A DNA stretch of 64,000 bases, taken from Lama guanicoe. Taxonomy: Eukaryota. The notes under the pieces are model-generated. The model searched no databases and was not told the origin of the DNA. It worked only from the letters and a program-made list of their open reading frames with translations. The stretch spans positions 1,178,001-1,242,000 of the forward strand of contig MU055886.1 in the NCBI GenBank assembly GCA_013239625.1. Direction: 5' to 3'. The position numbers were made by a program, and so were the translations under genes. Below are positions 23,365 to 36,000 of this stretch, piece by piece (positions within the stretch are counted from its first letter, which is position 1; every line of letters starts with the position of its first letter).

Positions 23365-26300
23365 TCTCCTTGTTTATGTTCTTGTCTTGTGTTTCCTAAC
23401 TTCATACGGATTCATGTCTTGTATTTTGCTCCCTAGATTGTAAACTCCTTGAAAGCAGGAGAAAGGTGTCCTGTTTCCTTACAATCCCTGCAGGGTCCAG
23501 CAGAATGCCTTCAGCTCAACTGACATTTGCTGAATTAATAATGGCAGGTAATGGATGTCTGAAATGCTATGGTAAGCTCAGAACAGCAGAGCAATAAGCA
23601 GCTTTAATTCTAGAAGTTCTAAGCCAAAAGAAAGAGGTATTTGCAAATATTTTAGGGAAACTCATTTTTATGTTTCTATGTCAATCATTTGATGTTGCCT
23701 CGTTTCATTACAGGGATCATAGCTCAGTGAGAGATCATGGGCTCGTGCCTCACACCTGCATTACTTTTCTAAAAGGAATTCAGATTAAGATGATGCTTTA
23801 TCAGAAAAATGACAGCTCTGAGGAAGTGAGAAAGGCAGGGGGATCATGTCAGCAAATTGCCAGACCACCACACCTGTTACATACACAGTCTGCATCAACA
23901 GAGTTCTATGGTATGTTGCTTCCTATTTTACCTTCATCCTAAATGATAATATTCATTAAATGACAGGTCTGATCATACTAGATATGATTTTTTCCTGGGA
24001 CATATTAAAATAAATATACAACTATTTAAAGAAAAATGTTTGTTCACATATCACCTAAAACTATCTTGGGTGCCACATGGTACAAAAACAAGCCTTTGGA
24101 AAACATGGGTTCAGGGCATGGCCATGCCACTCAAGATTTCACGTCTGCCTAAAAGGATTAGACGTCTCTCAGGAAGGGCACAGCTTCTTATCTAGCTCAG
24201 TGCAGATGGCCACTACGTGGCCCTCTGGGAGCGACAAGGCGGCAGCAGGAACAGTCAGCACGAGGGGGGCCCAGGCTGCGCCTTTCTCTTGCTAGTGATC
24301 TGAGGGCCCAGGAGCCCAGGCCACCCCAAGCAGGAGACTGTAAACTGGTCACACAAGACATCTACTTTATCTACTTTATGGACAGTGAGCACAGGAGAGA
24401 ACATGGGGAAAAGCTGACACTAACAATGACGCTATCTGCACGGCCTCTCCTCACCATGGCTATGCTTGAAGGGGCCCTGTAGGCACCCTCATAGGTGGAT
24501 AGCAAAATGACATTGCTGAGTTGGCTGTGGCCACTGAGCCTCTTGGATCCACCCTGGGCAGGAACAGAAGCACTGGACAGGGAGACAGGAGACAGTCAGG
24601 TTCCTACTTTGCTACCGGCAGGACACATGACCTAAGTCACGAACATTCCCTCTCTGAGTCTCAATTTCCCTGCTTGTAAAGTTACGGGCCAAGCATGGAT
24701 GTACCTTGAAAACACTGTGCCAAGTGAAAGAAGCCAGTCACCGAGGATGACATATTACATGGTTCCATCCATAAGAAAGTATAGGAGAGGCAAATCTATG
24801 GTGACAGAAAGGAATTAGTGCTTGCTGAGGTTGGCTGACTCAGGGAAAGAGGAATATAGCAAGACAGACAAAACTGATTACCTTCATGAAGCTAACATTC
24901 TAGTGGAAACTCTCACTAGACAAGACATGACAAACATAACAAAGGAAATTAATTAATAATGTTAAAAACTGCTAAGTGCTAGGGAGAAAAGAGAGAATTA
25001 CAGTATCAGTGCCATGAGCTAGAAGTCAGGAGTCAGACTGAAGTTCATTCACTGTGAGATCTGGTTACAGGCTCTGCCACTTATATCTCCAGGAGGCCAC
25101 CAAGTCCCTTTCTTTCTTTTCAATTCTCTAAGTCAAATGTCTCATCAAGCTCTTGGTTGTGACTCACCTGCACAGACATCACCATGGCTCCTGTTTCCCT
25201 TTCTTCCTCTCTGACTCAATGCTAGCATCCACACGCATTCAAGAAACACTTACTGACCAGCAACAATGTGCCAGGTCGGGGGCTGAAGGGGACACTGAGA
25301 CAAGCAAGCACAGTTCTCACCCTCAAGAAGTCTGTAATTCACCAGGAGAATCAGAGCTATAAACACCTAATTGTAATTCGGAGCAGAATGGAAGTAGCCA
25401 TCTGCTGGAGAGACACAAGCAAAGTTTGCAAGGGTTTTGCACTGTCCGTTGCAGTTTTCAAAGCACTCTAATGGTATGGATGATCTCAGGTCACATCCTG
25501 ATCCCCTCCTTCCGTGCTCTGACTGCACTGCTGGGCTCAAGGCTCTTCTCCAGTGACCTCTCATGTCAAGTGCACAAGCCTGGACATGACCTGGCACCAA
25601 TCTCAACTCTCACTAACCATGTACTAACCACACATCTTTAGACAGGTACCTTAGCCTCCCTGAACCTGTGGTCTGTGAAGTGGGCCGACTTTATCTACCT
25701 CCCAGTAAATTAGATAATATATATGTACGGCACTAAGAAAGTCCTCAACAGAGGTAGTTATGATAATGTTGTTGTTAATTTCAGGTTATCCTTTTGTCTA
25801 TATTGTTACTTATCTGTTTCACTCATGTCTTTTTTGCTCTCCTAACATAATTCCTGGACAGTATTTCTCTCCAACTGCCCTCGGTCCTAACTACTGGGCA
25901 ACACATTACTGAATAAATGAATCAATCAAATGGAATTGGAACAGGAAAGAGAAAAACGGCACAGATAACTTGGGCTTCTGGTTTGGATGGCTGGAGAGGG
26001 TGGTCCTTTTCATCAAAGGAGAAAACACTGGGAGAAGAGCATGTTTGAGAGGAAAGATAAAGAGTTTGGCTGGGACCAGGTGAATATGAGGTACTTGAGG
26101 AATGAACATTCATGAGTATGTCCATTAGATAGGTGGAGCTGAAAATAAAAGGTCAACAGTCAGGTTGAAACCATAAGAACGAATGATTATCCTGAGAGAA
26201 GCTGCATGTCAAAATCACTGAGATACTTTAAATAACATCAGTGCCAAGGCTCCATCTACTCAAAGATGCTGATTTAACTGGTCTAGGGTGGGGCCTGGGC

Positions 26301-26516
26301 AGGGTTTGTTAAAGGAGTCCTTGTAATTGTAACATACAGTGAGAGTTAAGCAACAACAGGGTAGGATAAGTTGAGCTAGAAAAGGAATGAACAATCCTGG
26401 GTGGCGCTATCATTTTGGGGGCTGAAGACTCAGGGGTGCCATGAAGGAAACTGAGCAGAAATGGTCAGAGAAGCCTAAGAGCAATCAGAGGAGCCTAGGG
26501 AGAAGAAAGATTCAAA

Positions 26517-27125
26517 ACGGACTGTGTAAACAGTTTGGTGATTTTTCAGTAAGTTCAACTTAGAATTACCATTAACTCAGTGATTCCACTCCCAGGTATG
26601 CACCCAAAAGAGCTGAAAGTAGATGTTCAAACAAAAGCTTATACACAGATGTTCATAGCAACACTATGTACAACATCCAAAATATGGAAACAATCTGAAA
26701 GTTCACCACTGGATGAATCAAGAAACAAACTGTGGTATATCCATACAATGGAGTATTATTCAGACANNNNNNNNNNNNNNNNNNNNNNNNNNNNNNNNNN
26801 NNNNNNNNNNNNNNNNNNNNNNNNNNNNNNNNNNNNNNNNNNNNNNNNNNNNNNNNNNNNNNNNNNNNNNNNNNNNNNNNNNNNNNNNNNNNNNNNNNNN
26901 NNNNNNNNNNNNNNNNNNNNNNNNNNNNNNNNNNNNNNNNNNNNNNNNNNNNNNNNNNNNNNNNATTTGTTTGATGGGTACAGGGCTTCCTTTTGGGGTG
27001 ATGAAAATTCTGAAACTAGATAGTAGTAATGGTAGCACAACATTCTGAATATACCTAATGCCACTGAATTGTGCACTTAAAAATGACTTTTTTTAAGGTA
27101 AATGTTATATTCTATATATTTTGCC
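26517..27125 (+). mobile_element. L1MB-type 3' fragment (contains an N gap)
   Basis: ORF2 C-terminal relic (IPLPGMHPKELK...YTQMFIATLCTTSKIWKQ...KLWYIHTMEYYS) and 3'UTR gggtacagggcttccttttggggtgatgaaaattctgaaactaga. Confidence 0.85.
26767..26964. other. Assembly gap (198 N)
   Basis: Run of N. Confidence 0.99.
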
Positions 27126-29799
27126 CCCCAACACACACACACTAACCATTTCAAATACAGTCAAGATGGCCAAAAGATCCATCCTGAAAAGGGGCCAAAG
27201 ACTTGGCTATTGGGACCTTCATGATAACACATTCTCCCTGGGGCCACCTGCTGCTACACAATATCCAGGTGCTGGACTGGAAGCCCATTAGGGCCTTTCC
27301 AGCTCAGAGATAATATGATCCTGAAGCCTTTAGTACCCCCATCACATTCAACATGAAGTTCTTTCCCTCTCCATGGACTTGTTGGTTATTATAAATGCCT
27401 TGAACCTGCTAAGAACCTTTTGACAACCATCTGGATATGATTCAACAAAATTGTGGAATGTAGGTTCAATGGCTAGGTTTGTTATTTTTACTATCAAATG
27501 AGCCATCAAATGTCATCACATGTCAACTAATTTTCAGTAGCATCTGGGCATGTTTGATACCACAGGACCAAAAACAAAACCCACAGCAAGTACAGTGCTT
27601 GGGAAGTTCAGACCGACCGAGGACTCCCAGAACTGCTCAAATGAAGCAGCCTGTCACCCTGATGGACTGAGATTTGGCTCCATATGTCTGTGTCTCGGGA
27701 AGGAAGGCAGCATTCCAAATCTGTCATGCTAAAAATGAAACAAAACAAACAAACAAAAAATAAGTAACAATCACAACTGCAGCACAAGAAACTAGGAATG
27801 GCTTCCAAAGCTGGGCCCAAGACATGCTTCTACAGAGCTCCTTCCCCATGACCTATGACATCAGGCCCTGTCCTGGCCAGAGAGATCTTGAGGTCTTCTC
27901 TAAAAGTCTCCACCCTTCCCATAGACTTGATACTGGCCATGAGCTTGTGGGCCCCCAAGTCCTTGCATTTCTCAAGTCTAGTTCCTGGGTCTTCAGATTT
28001 CTGCAGCCATTTCAGATCAAGGGATTTGGTCCAAAAATCAATGCCTTTCACTCAGTTCATATCAAGCACCCTCTTTCTGCTTGACCCTGTGCTGGCTGTG
28101 GTAGAGACTGAGGTTAGTCAGACACAGCCCCTGCCCTTGGAGAGTGCATTGTGCTATAGAGAGGATAAGACACCTAGATAAATAACTCCTGACCAATGTG
28201 AGGCAGAGCGTGGGGCCCATGAGAGAGAGATGTCTAACTGCTCCAGGGAGTCTACAAAAGGGCTCCTACCAACCAGCGGGGCAGTGTGTGTCTCGCTCAT
28301 CTCTGCAGGGGGCTTGGGAACAGCTGATGGCTTGTCAGACAGCCAAGAACACCAGGTGCCACCTGCCAATCAGAACCCTGTACAAGGGTTCAAGCCAATG
28401 GGCCACTCTGACCATTTAATTAAGCCCTGATTAAGCACTCTGTCCAGAAACCTTCTCTCGCTCCTGTAGAATTGCCTGGTTTACAGCACACGATTCAGGG
28501 AATCGGGTCAGCTGTTTGGAGATGGCAGTCATTAGGAGTGGTGCCAACAACTGTGAATGGATGCCAAATTGATTCAGAGATCACTGAAGACAACGGTGGG
28601 GCCCAGAAACCTAGAAACTCAGCCCAAATTAAGGTTCTGCCCCTGACCTCAGTAAAGTGTCCAGTTTGGGCCACCTCACTTGAAAAGGACATAGAGACCA
28701 TCCTGGCTGGGAGCTTTGCCTGAGGGGAGAAGGATGCTCAGTGAGGCACTATCTCTAAGGAAGAAAAACAAAACAGCTGACAACAGAGAGTGGGTAAGTT
28801 ATAGCACATCCTCTTTCTTGAATCCTTAAAAAGTACTAACCAGAAACCATGTAACATTCCAGGAAAAGCGATCGTTTTGATGTAAGGTGTAAACTCTAGG
28901 CTATAAAGCCATATCTATGCTTTGGATACAGCAGTGAAAGTGAAGCTGGGCAGAGGCAGGCAGGAGACAAAACAGCAAGTTTGAGTTGATGGATGCTGGG
29001 TTTGGGTTATAAACTTCTTTTCTGTTTTAATTTGAATTCCGATTATTACTGTTTGTGCACAATGATACCTCATTAAGGATCAGAGAGACAATTTCTGAGA
29101 AGAGATTCAAAGCTCTGAGGGATGGAACAAAGGTTTCCTGGGAAGGGGCAACTTGGCAACCAAACACCTAAGCGTCAGCAGGGGCCCACCTCATTTTGTC
29201 CCCGCGCTGCCCTCTGTGGGACCTTCAGCAAGCCCTTTTTTCTTCCAGGACCTCCATTTCCACCTCTAGATCTAGAGGGATTCTAAGGCCCCTGCCATCT
29301 CTGGTTCTGTGATTCTCTCTGGCAGAGAGATCAGAGGTCTGAAGTCCTCCCACATGGCAGACACCGGGAAACAGCCCACACTGGGGCCCCTCTGGCATGG
29401 ACATCATAGGCACCATTAGCCCCCCACTCCCAATTTCCCAAGCCCAGAACCCAGCATCCATCTGATGGTCTCTGTACTCTCCCACCAAACCCAGCCACCT
29501 TCCAACCCCTGTTGATGTGACCACCTAACTCTCCCTCTGAAGTCTCCACTTCTTTCCACCCCCACTAGCATCATGCATGCTCAGGCCCATTGCCATCGCA
29601 CATGCTCAGGCTCACATGCTAGCTTACGTGGATCACGTGGCATCTGCTGCCGCCACTTCAGTCTTGCCCTCCTTCCCATCCATTTTCCACACCACAGAGA
29701 AATCTCTTTCTAAAATCTAAATCTGCCCTTGTCACTCCCCTGCATAAAACTCTGTAATGTCACCCCATAACTTTAAGGATGATTTATTAGGATCTGTTG

Positions 29800-30036
29800 T
29801 GTAAGCTCTGGAGCCAGCCCTCCTGGGCTCATAGTGCAGCTCTGTTACTTACTAGGTCTGTGACTGTGAGCCAGTTACTTAACTACTGGGTGTCTCAGTT
29901 TCCCGACTGGTAAAATGCAGGTAACTATAGTACCTGCCTCACAAGACTGTTGTGAGGATTAATTAGTTAATGCATGTAAGCAGCTTAGAACAGTGCCCGG
30001 CATATGATAAGGACTCCATAAATGGCAGCTGCTGTT
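29800..30036 (+). mobile_element. Near full-length MIR SINE
   Basis: ctctggagccag ... tgtgactgtgagccagttacttaac ... ctcagtttcc ... gttgtgaggattaattagttaatgcatgtaag ... cttagaacagtgcccggcatat. Confidence 0.85.
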
Positions 30037-30253
30037 TTTATAGATTTATAATTTTTACAGAACTTCAGGGCCTTACCCGTTCAAGGCCCCACCCAGCTCT
30101 CCAGCCACTTAACTTCCCTCTGTCCCACTGCTCTCCACCTCCCAGGGAGTCCAGCCCTACCAGCCTCTCCTACTTTGCTCTTGCCGCTGAGCCTTTGCAC
30201 ACGTCACTTCATTGCCAGGTACGCACTTCCCACTCCTGGCTTGTCTGGTTGAT

Positions 30254-30480
30254 TTTTTTAAAAACAGCTTCATTGAGATGTAATTCACATACCATAAAAT
30301 TCATCCACTTGAAGCGTACAAGTCAGTAGTTTTTGTAGATTCAGGGAGTTGTGCAACCATCACCACAACCAATTTTACAGCATTTTCATCATCCCCAAAA
30401 GGAACCCCATACCCACTAGCAGTTACTCCTCATTTTCCCCTCAACAATCCCTCCCCAGCCCTAGGCAACCACTGGTCTAC
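30254..30480 (-). mobile_element. L1MB-type 3' end
   Basis: cagcttcattgagatgtaattcacataccataaaattcatccac ... gttgtgcaaccatcaccac ... ccccagccctaggcaaccact. Confidence 0.8.
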
Positions 30481-31784
30481 CCCAATTGATTTTTTTTTAG
30501 GTCTCAATTTACACCCTACTTATTAAGTTTTCTCTGACCTCCAACTCTGGGTTGGGTATTTCCATATGTCCATAGTTTCCCTCTCTCAGAACTGTGTATT
30601 TATATATATCTCCCTTGCTAGAACATAAGTTCCATGTGAGCCTGGCCATGGTTGTCTGAGTGACTATGATTCTCCAGGGCTTAACAGATATTCAGTAAAT
30701 ATTGGTTGAATGATTGAAACTGATGGTGCGAACCAGCCAAAGCCCAGGCCCTCTAAAGATAGCCCTACTGGAAAAAATCAACAGTAACAGAGTCTTCTCA
30801 AAACTACAAACACTAGAAGTAACAACACATTAAACATTTATGACATTCAAGTTTCCTACAAGTATTCCCACTAGAGCCACCAGTAGAAATAGGCAGATCC
30901 TTGTAAAATGAGTTTGGCTCAGGTGCTTTAACAAAGTAAATCCATGAGTGAGAGGGAAAACAGCTTTGGAGTCTGAGTAAGAAGAAGCAAGAAAGACCCA
31001 CAATTTAGGACTTCAATTTACTGAATTTATGTACCTGGCATTACCAGGTCATAACTGAGTAAAATGAATACAAACACTCTTCTGTTTAAAAGAAAATGTT
31101 AGTCAAGAAAACCAAGAAGGAAGGAAGGAGTTCTGGAAGTTTTCTATAAAGCCATTCTGTTAAGCAATTTCTATTTTCTTGCACATTCCTCATTATAAAA
31201 TTAGAGCTGTGTTCCCTTGGACAGTAATCTATGCTCTGGAAGCTTATTTCAAAATCCAATGACCATCAAAAGAAAAGCAATTACTTCCTAAATAAACATT
31301 AAGATGATTTTTCTCATAAATCAACATACTGCTGCCGAACAGTTACAACATAAAAACAAAAGCCTCCCCTACTCCGTCTCACACACTTCAATCTACTTCA
31401 TACACTGGTGGCAGATTAATCTTACTAAAAGTACAGCTCTGGTCACACCTTGCCCTCATTCAAAACCCTTCAATGGTTCCCCATTGCCTTCAGGATAGAG
31501 AACAAACTCTAAGTTGGTGTTTGAAGATCCTTCTCCTTTTGGCACTGACCTACTTGTATGACCTCATTTCCTCCTAATCACCTTCAAATAACCCCTGATC
31601 CAAACAGAATGCACTGAGAGACCCTGCCATGCCTTTATCTTTTTTCTACCTCTGCCTAGAATGTTCTTTACCAACCCCCAAACTCCCCATGTCAAAAGCC
31701 TGCTTACTTTTAACAGTCACTCAAATGCTCCTTCCTCCATGAAGTCTTCGTTGATGTTCTCCTGCGTAACACGTGCTCTCTACC

Positions 31785-32660
31785 ACCTCTAGGCTTCCAC
31801 AGCCCTTTTATTAGAGATGATCCTCATGTTATTTATCCATGGCTGGCTTATATTACAGTTGTTTCTAAACATAGTCTTTACTTCCTGATAAACTATAAAC
31901 TCAAATACCTTTTCCCCTCACACTTGACATATGCCATGCAAATAGAAGGTACTGAAATACTTGCTGAATGAATGAATAAAATTACAAATGATAGAAAACA
32001 TAGCACAATACAGTCAGCAGCAGTCTAATTTATCACTGTCCTTAGAGAGGGAGCAAGTCTTGAAACTTAAGAAATATACCTCAGTGGTTGGAATGTTTTG
32101 TCTATCTGCAAACCTATTTCTATTGAAATCCCCTATTTACTTTTATTATTTGTCCACAGATATTTCACTCCTGCTAGATGTGTGTGTGTGTGTGTGCGTG
32201 TGTGATGTATGTGATGTGTGTGTGTGTGACCTCTAGGCTTCCACAGCCCTTTTATTAGAGATGATCCTCATGTTATTTATCCATGGCTGGCTTATATTAC
32301 AGTTGTTTCTAAACATAGTCTTTACTTCCTGATAAACTATAAACTCAAATACCTTTTCCCCTCACACTTGACATATGCCATGCAAATAGAAGGTACTGAA
32401 ATACTTGCTGAATGAATGAATAAAATTACAAATGATAGAAAACATAGCACAATACAGTCAGCAGCAGTCTAATTTATCACTGTCCTTAGAGAGGGAGCAA
32501 GTCTTGAAACTTAAGAAATATACCTCAGTGGTTGGAATGTTTTGTCTATCTGCAAACCTATTTCTATTGAAATCCCCTATTTACTTTTATTATTTGTCCA
32601 CAGATATTTCACTCCTGCTAGATGTGTGTGTGTGTGTGTGCGTGTGTGATGTATGTGATG
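31785..32660. repeat. Perfect tandem duplication, 432-bp unit with period 444, ending in (TG)n
   Basis: 31785-32216 appears identical to 32229-32660, separated by 12 nt of TG; the ORFs at 31988 and 32432 share the same translation over the unit. Confidence 0.95.
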
Positions 32661-32826
32661 ACGTGAGGAAGCAAAGTAGAGTGAAGAAAGGAAATTATTA
32701 TTAAAAATTGGCAAAAGAGAAGCTCTTTCTGTGGTAGAGAAAGCTCAAAATCTACAAAAGAGCCAAAGCGTGTCACTGCACTGGCTGTCAAACACAGGTA
32801 TGGGGGGTATGACTTAAGCCCTGTTA

Positions 32827-33005
32827 GGCAGGGGTTCTCTGACTTCACTGACTATGGGATCACGAGAAGGCTTGTTAAAAAGACAGGTGGGTCCCACTGC
32901 CGAGTTTCTGTGTCTGTGGGTCTGGTCTGGGGTGGGGCTGAGATTTTGCATTTCTAACAAGCTCCAGGTAATGCTGTTAGGGACCTCACTCTAAGGATCA
33001 ACTGT
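32827..33005. mobile_element. MER5A-like MITE
   Basis: caggggttctct ... gcttgttaaaaagacagg ... ggtctggggtggggctgagattttgcatttctaacaagctccaggtaatgctg. Confidence 0.75.
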
Positions 33006-36000
33006 GCAGACTAGAAAAGGAACCAAAGGATTCAAGGTAACAGGATCAGCTATGGTACATGGTTAGAAAATTCATTTTTAATTAGATTAAAACACACAGA
33101 AAAATTAGATCAGAGAGTGATTTCTCCTTCTCACTTGTAATTCTGAAGCTAAATTTTATGGGCTAAACCAAGGAGTTATGGAGAAGGGAGTTAAGAGACT
33201 TGGGTTCAAGTTCTGACTCTGTCACTAGCTAGCTGTGTAACCAAAGACCATTCATCACCCTCTCAGACATCACTGCACCATGTGAAACAGAGATATTCAA
33301 CCTACAAACCTCTAGTGTGAGCTCTTACATCCTATGATCTCACAATTTTGAAAACCTGTTGGCAATTTAGTTCTAAAAGTATTTAATGATCATCCCATCT
33401 ATATATAAAGTGATTAAAGACACTGCAATTTGAAAACAAAACACATGAAATAATTACAAGTTAAATTTGAGAAGAACCTGTAACAAATAAATTGCAATTA
33501 TGAAGCCTGAAAGAACTTTTACTTAAATAGGTTTCACGCATAATAATAAGTGATCAAGAGCAAATATACCATGGAAACAGACTTAAAATATACAGCAAAG
33601 ATATTACAATTAAAAAAAAAACAAAACCTACCATTCCCTTTCTGAGAACAGTCGAGAGAAAACAGGACAGGTTACAGAATGAAAAAGCATCAACTCACCA
33701 GTCGAGCAGAGCTGAAGGGAGTCCTCCAAGGAAAGAAATCTGCCCCTCTTCCCACTGCTGGCGCCTCCCTTCCATCCCAAGACTCTGCTCCTGGGCTTCC
33801 CAGCACACAGCTATTTTTAAAGACAAAAGGCCACATTCCCAAGATTGTGGCCACAAGAATGTGAATATCAAATGACCTTCCCATAGCTTGTCAATGAGCC
33901 CAAGTAAAACTGATTGCAGGCCCATATGGGCAAAGTTGGATGGTCTCTGTGGCATGGGTCCTACTCATCTACTGATACTGGGCAGCTGCAGCTTTGCCCT
34001 CAACATGAATCTGGCCTCTCTCCTTTCAGCTCGACAAGCCCAGAAGTCCTCCAGATGCCATTCTCATCCTCAAGGCCTCAGCCACTTGAGCTAGCCGAGA
34101 GAGGAAACCCTAGAGGTTCCTGAATAGCAAACTGGCCTCCTCTGTGCCAAGGGCAACACAGAAGGTGACGCCCAAGGTCTCATGAGGCGTCCACCTGATG
34201 GTTGTAAAGTTTATTCTGTGCCTGGTCTCCCACCGGTTCTGTCCAGCTGCCTTCCGTTCAGGTTAACAGCAACGGCATTAAGTCGATAAGCCTCACAGCA
34301 TCCCAGGGAGGTAGGTCACCCTCAAGCACATTATCCCCCCTTAACAGATGGGGAAATGACGCCACGGGAAGATTAAATAACCTGCCTGGTCTCAACAGCC
34401 TGCCACAGGTGGAGCACTAGACGATCCCAGCCCCCATGCCAGCTCGTGAATGGAGACGCTCTGGACGAAGCCCTTTGAAGTTCTAGGGTTCCGGGCAGCA
34501 TGGATGATTTGCACAACAGAGGACAAAAAAGAAATAAGCACAGAGGTAACCTTCTTAAAACCATTCCAATTGTCTTTCTCTTTCTGTGTCTCCCCAGAAG
34601 GCCATGAGAGAAGGATGATTTTTAATACACAAGTATTAGATGAAAGATGGTGTGGGTGCAATGAAAGGACAGAACAGGCCTGTAGGCAGCGAGGAGCCAC
34701 CGGGATAGGATCAAAGGAGGGGTCAGGCTAATAAGCAGGGTTCTATCAATGACCCCTGTCCTCTGCACCACACAGGGTCCTGCACAAACTGGTGAACGCT
34801 GGCATGAAATTATGCCTGTTTCATTCCCTGAAACAACAAGTACTTGCACATCTAACGTGGGCAAGTCACTGAGAGAGACACAAAGATGAATCAAATCATC
34901 CCTGCAGTCAAGAAGCTTGAAATGTCACCAAGGAGTGTGCATAAATCACCAAAATACAAAGTAGAAATTAGGAAGGACCACAACAGAAAAGCTTGTAGGA
35001 AGTCTGGGTTTGATGGTGGGAGATCACATTCAGCTGTGGATACAGCAGGATGAGATCAGGGCAGGCTTAGTGGAAGAGGTGACCAGGCTGTGGAGGACAG
35101 GAGAGGGAGACCTGCAGGGGTAGGGAGAAGGGCACTGGGGGCAGTGGCTGGAGAAGGGCATGGAAAGTGCATAGAAGGGAGATGGCACAGGGCTACCTGG
35201 ATGTGGGGGACAAAGGGTGTATGAAGTAGGGTTGAGGGATTTAGGGTAGGAATGGCAGGTAGAAACCATCTCATAAAAGGCCTTAAGTGTGGGATTAAGG
35301 AGGTTAAATTTCACTGCTAGCCACAGTTCTCAGCACTGTTCCTTGCTCACAGCAGGCATTCAATAGATGTTGGTGGAACAAAATGCAAGAAGGCAATTAA
35401 ATCCATGGAAGACACAGGGCAACTGTGAAAGAAGATGCCAAAAAAATTGCCTCAATTTTTTTTTTACATCAACTGATATCTAGTCAGGACAACTCCTAAG
35501 TTTAACTGTCTAAAATATATGCTATATTCTGCCCCAAATGGAGACCACAGTACCTGCCATCAGCTTCTCACTCAAGAACACTATGAAAATTAATTATGAG
35601 GTAATGTCTGTGAAGTGCTCAAAGCTCTTTGGAGATGTGTGGCAAAAGGCATCACTACAATTAATATTTAAAGAGAGTCTACTCAGCTCTGATCTCTTTT
35701 TCTGCAGACTACTGTTACGTCCACAGGATAAGGTAATGCCAGATTGGCCTCTAAATAAACCTTTCCAACAGACAGCACCCAACACAGGTGCCTCCTCCCG
35801 AGTCCCTTACCTGTAGCTGATGGCGCCCATGGTCACAAGGTGAGGGTGGTTTCCAACTTGGTTATACCAGGTTACCCAGGGTTATCCAAGGATGCGGGGG
35901 CGAAAGGCAGTCTTTCTTGGGACCCCATTTTTTAAGCATGAGAGACAGTCTAATGAAGATTTCAAGGGGGATCATTTTAGCAAAACCCACATCCTAAGCC

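Noticed and set aside
21615-27076. ORFs spanning N runs
   Set aside because: Artefacts of the assembly gaps.
31988-32704. Two near-identical ORFs (82 and 90 aa)
   Set aside because: A consequence of the tandem duplication and the TG repeat; no coding features.
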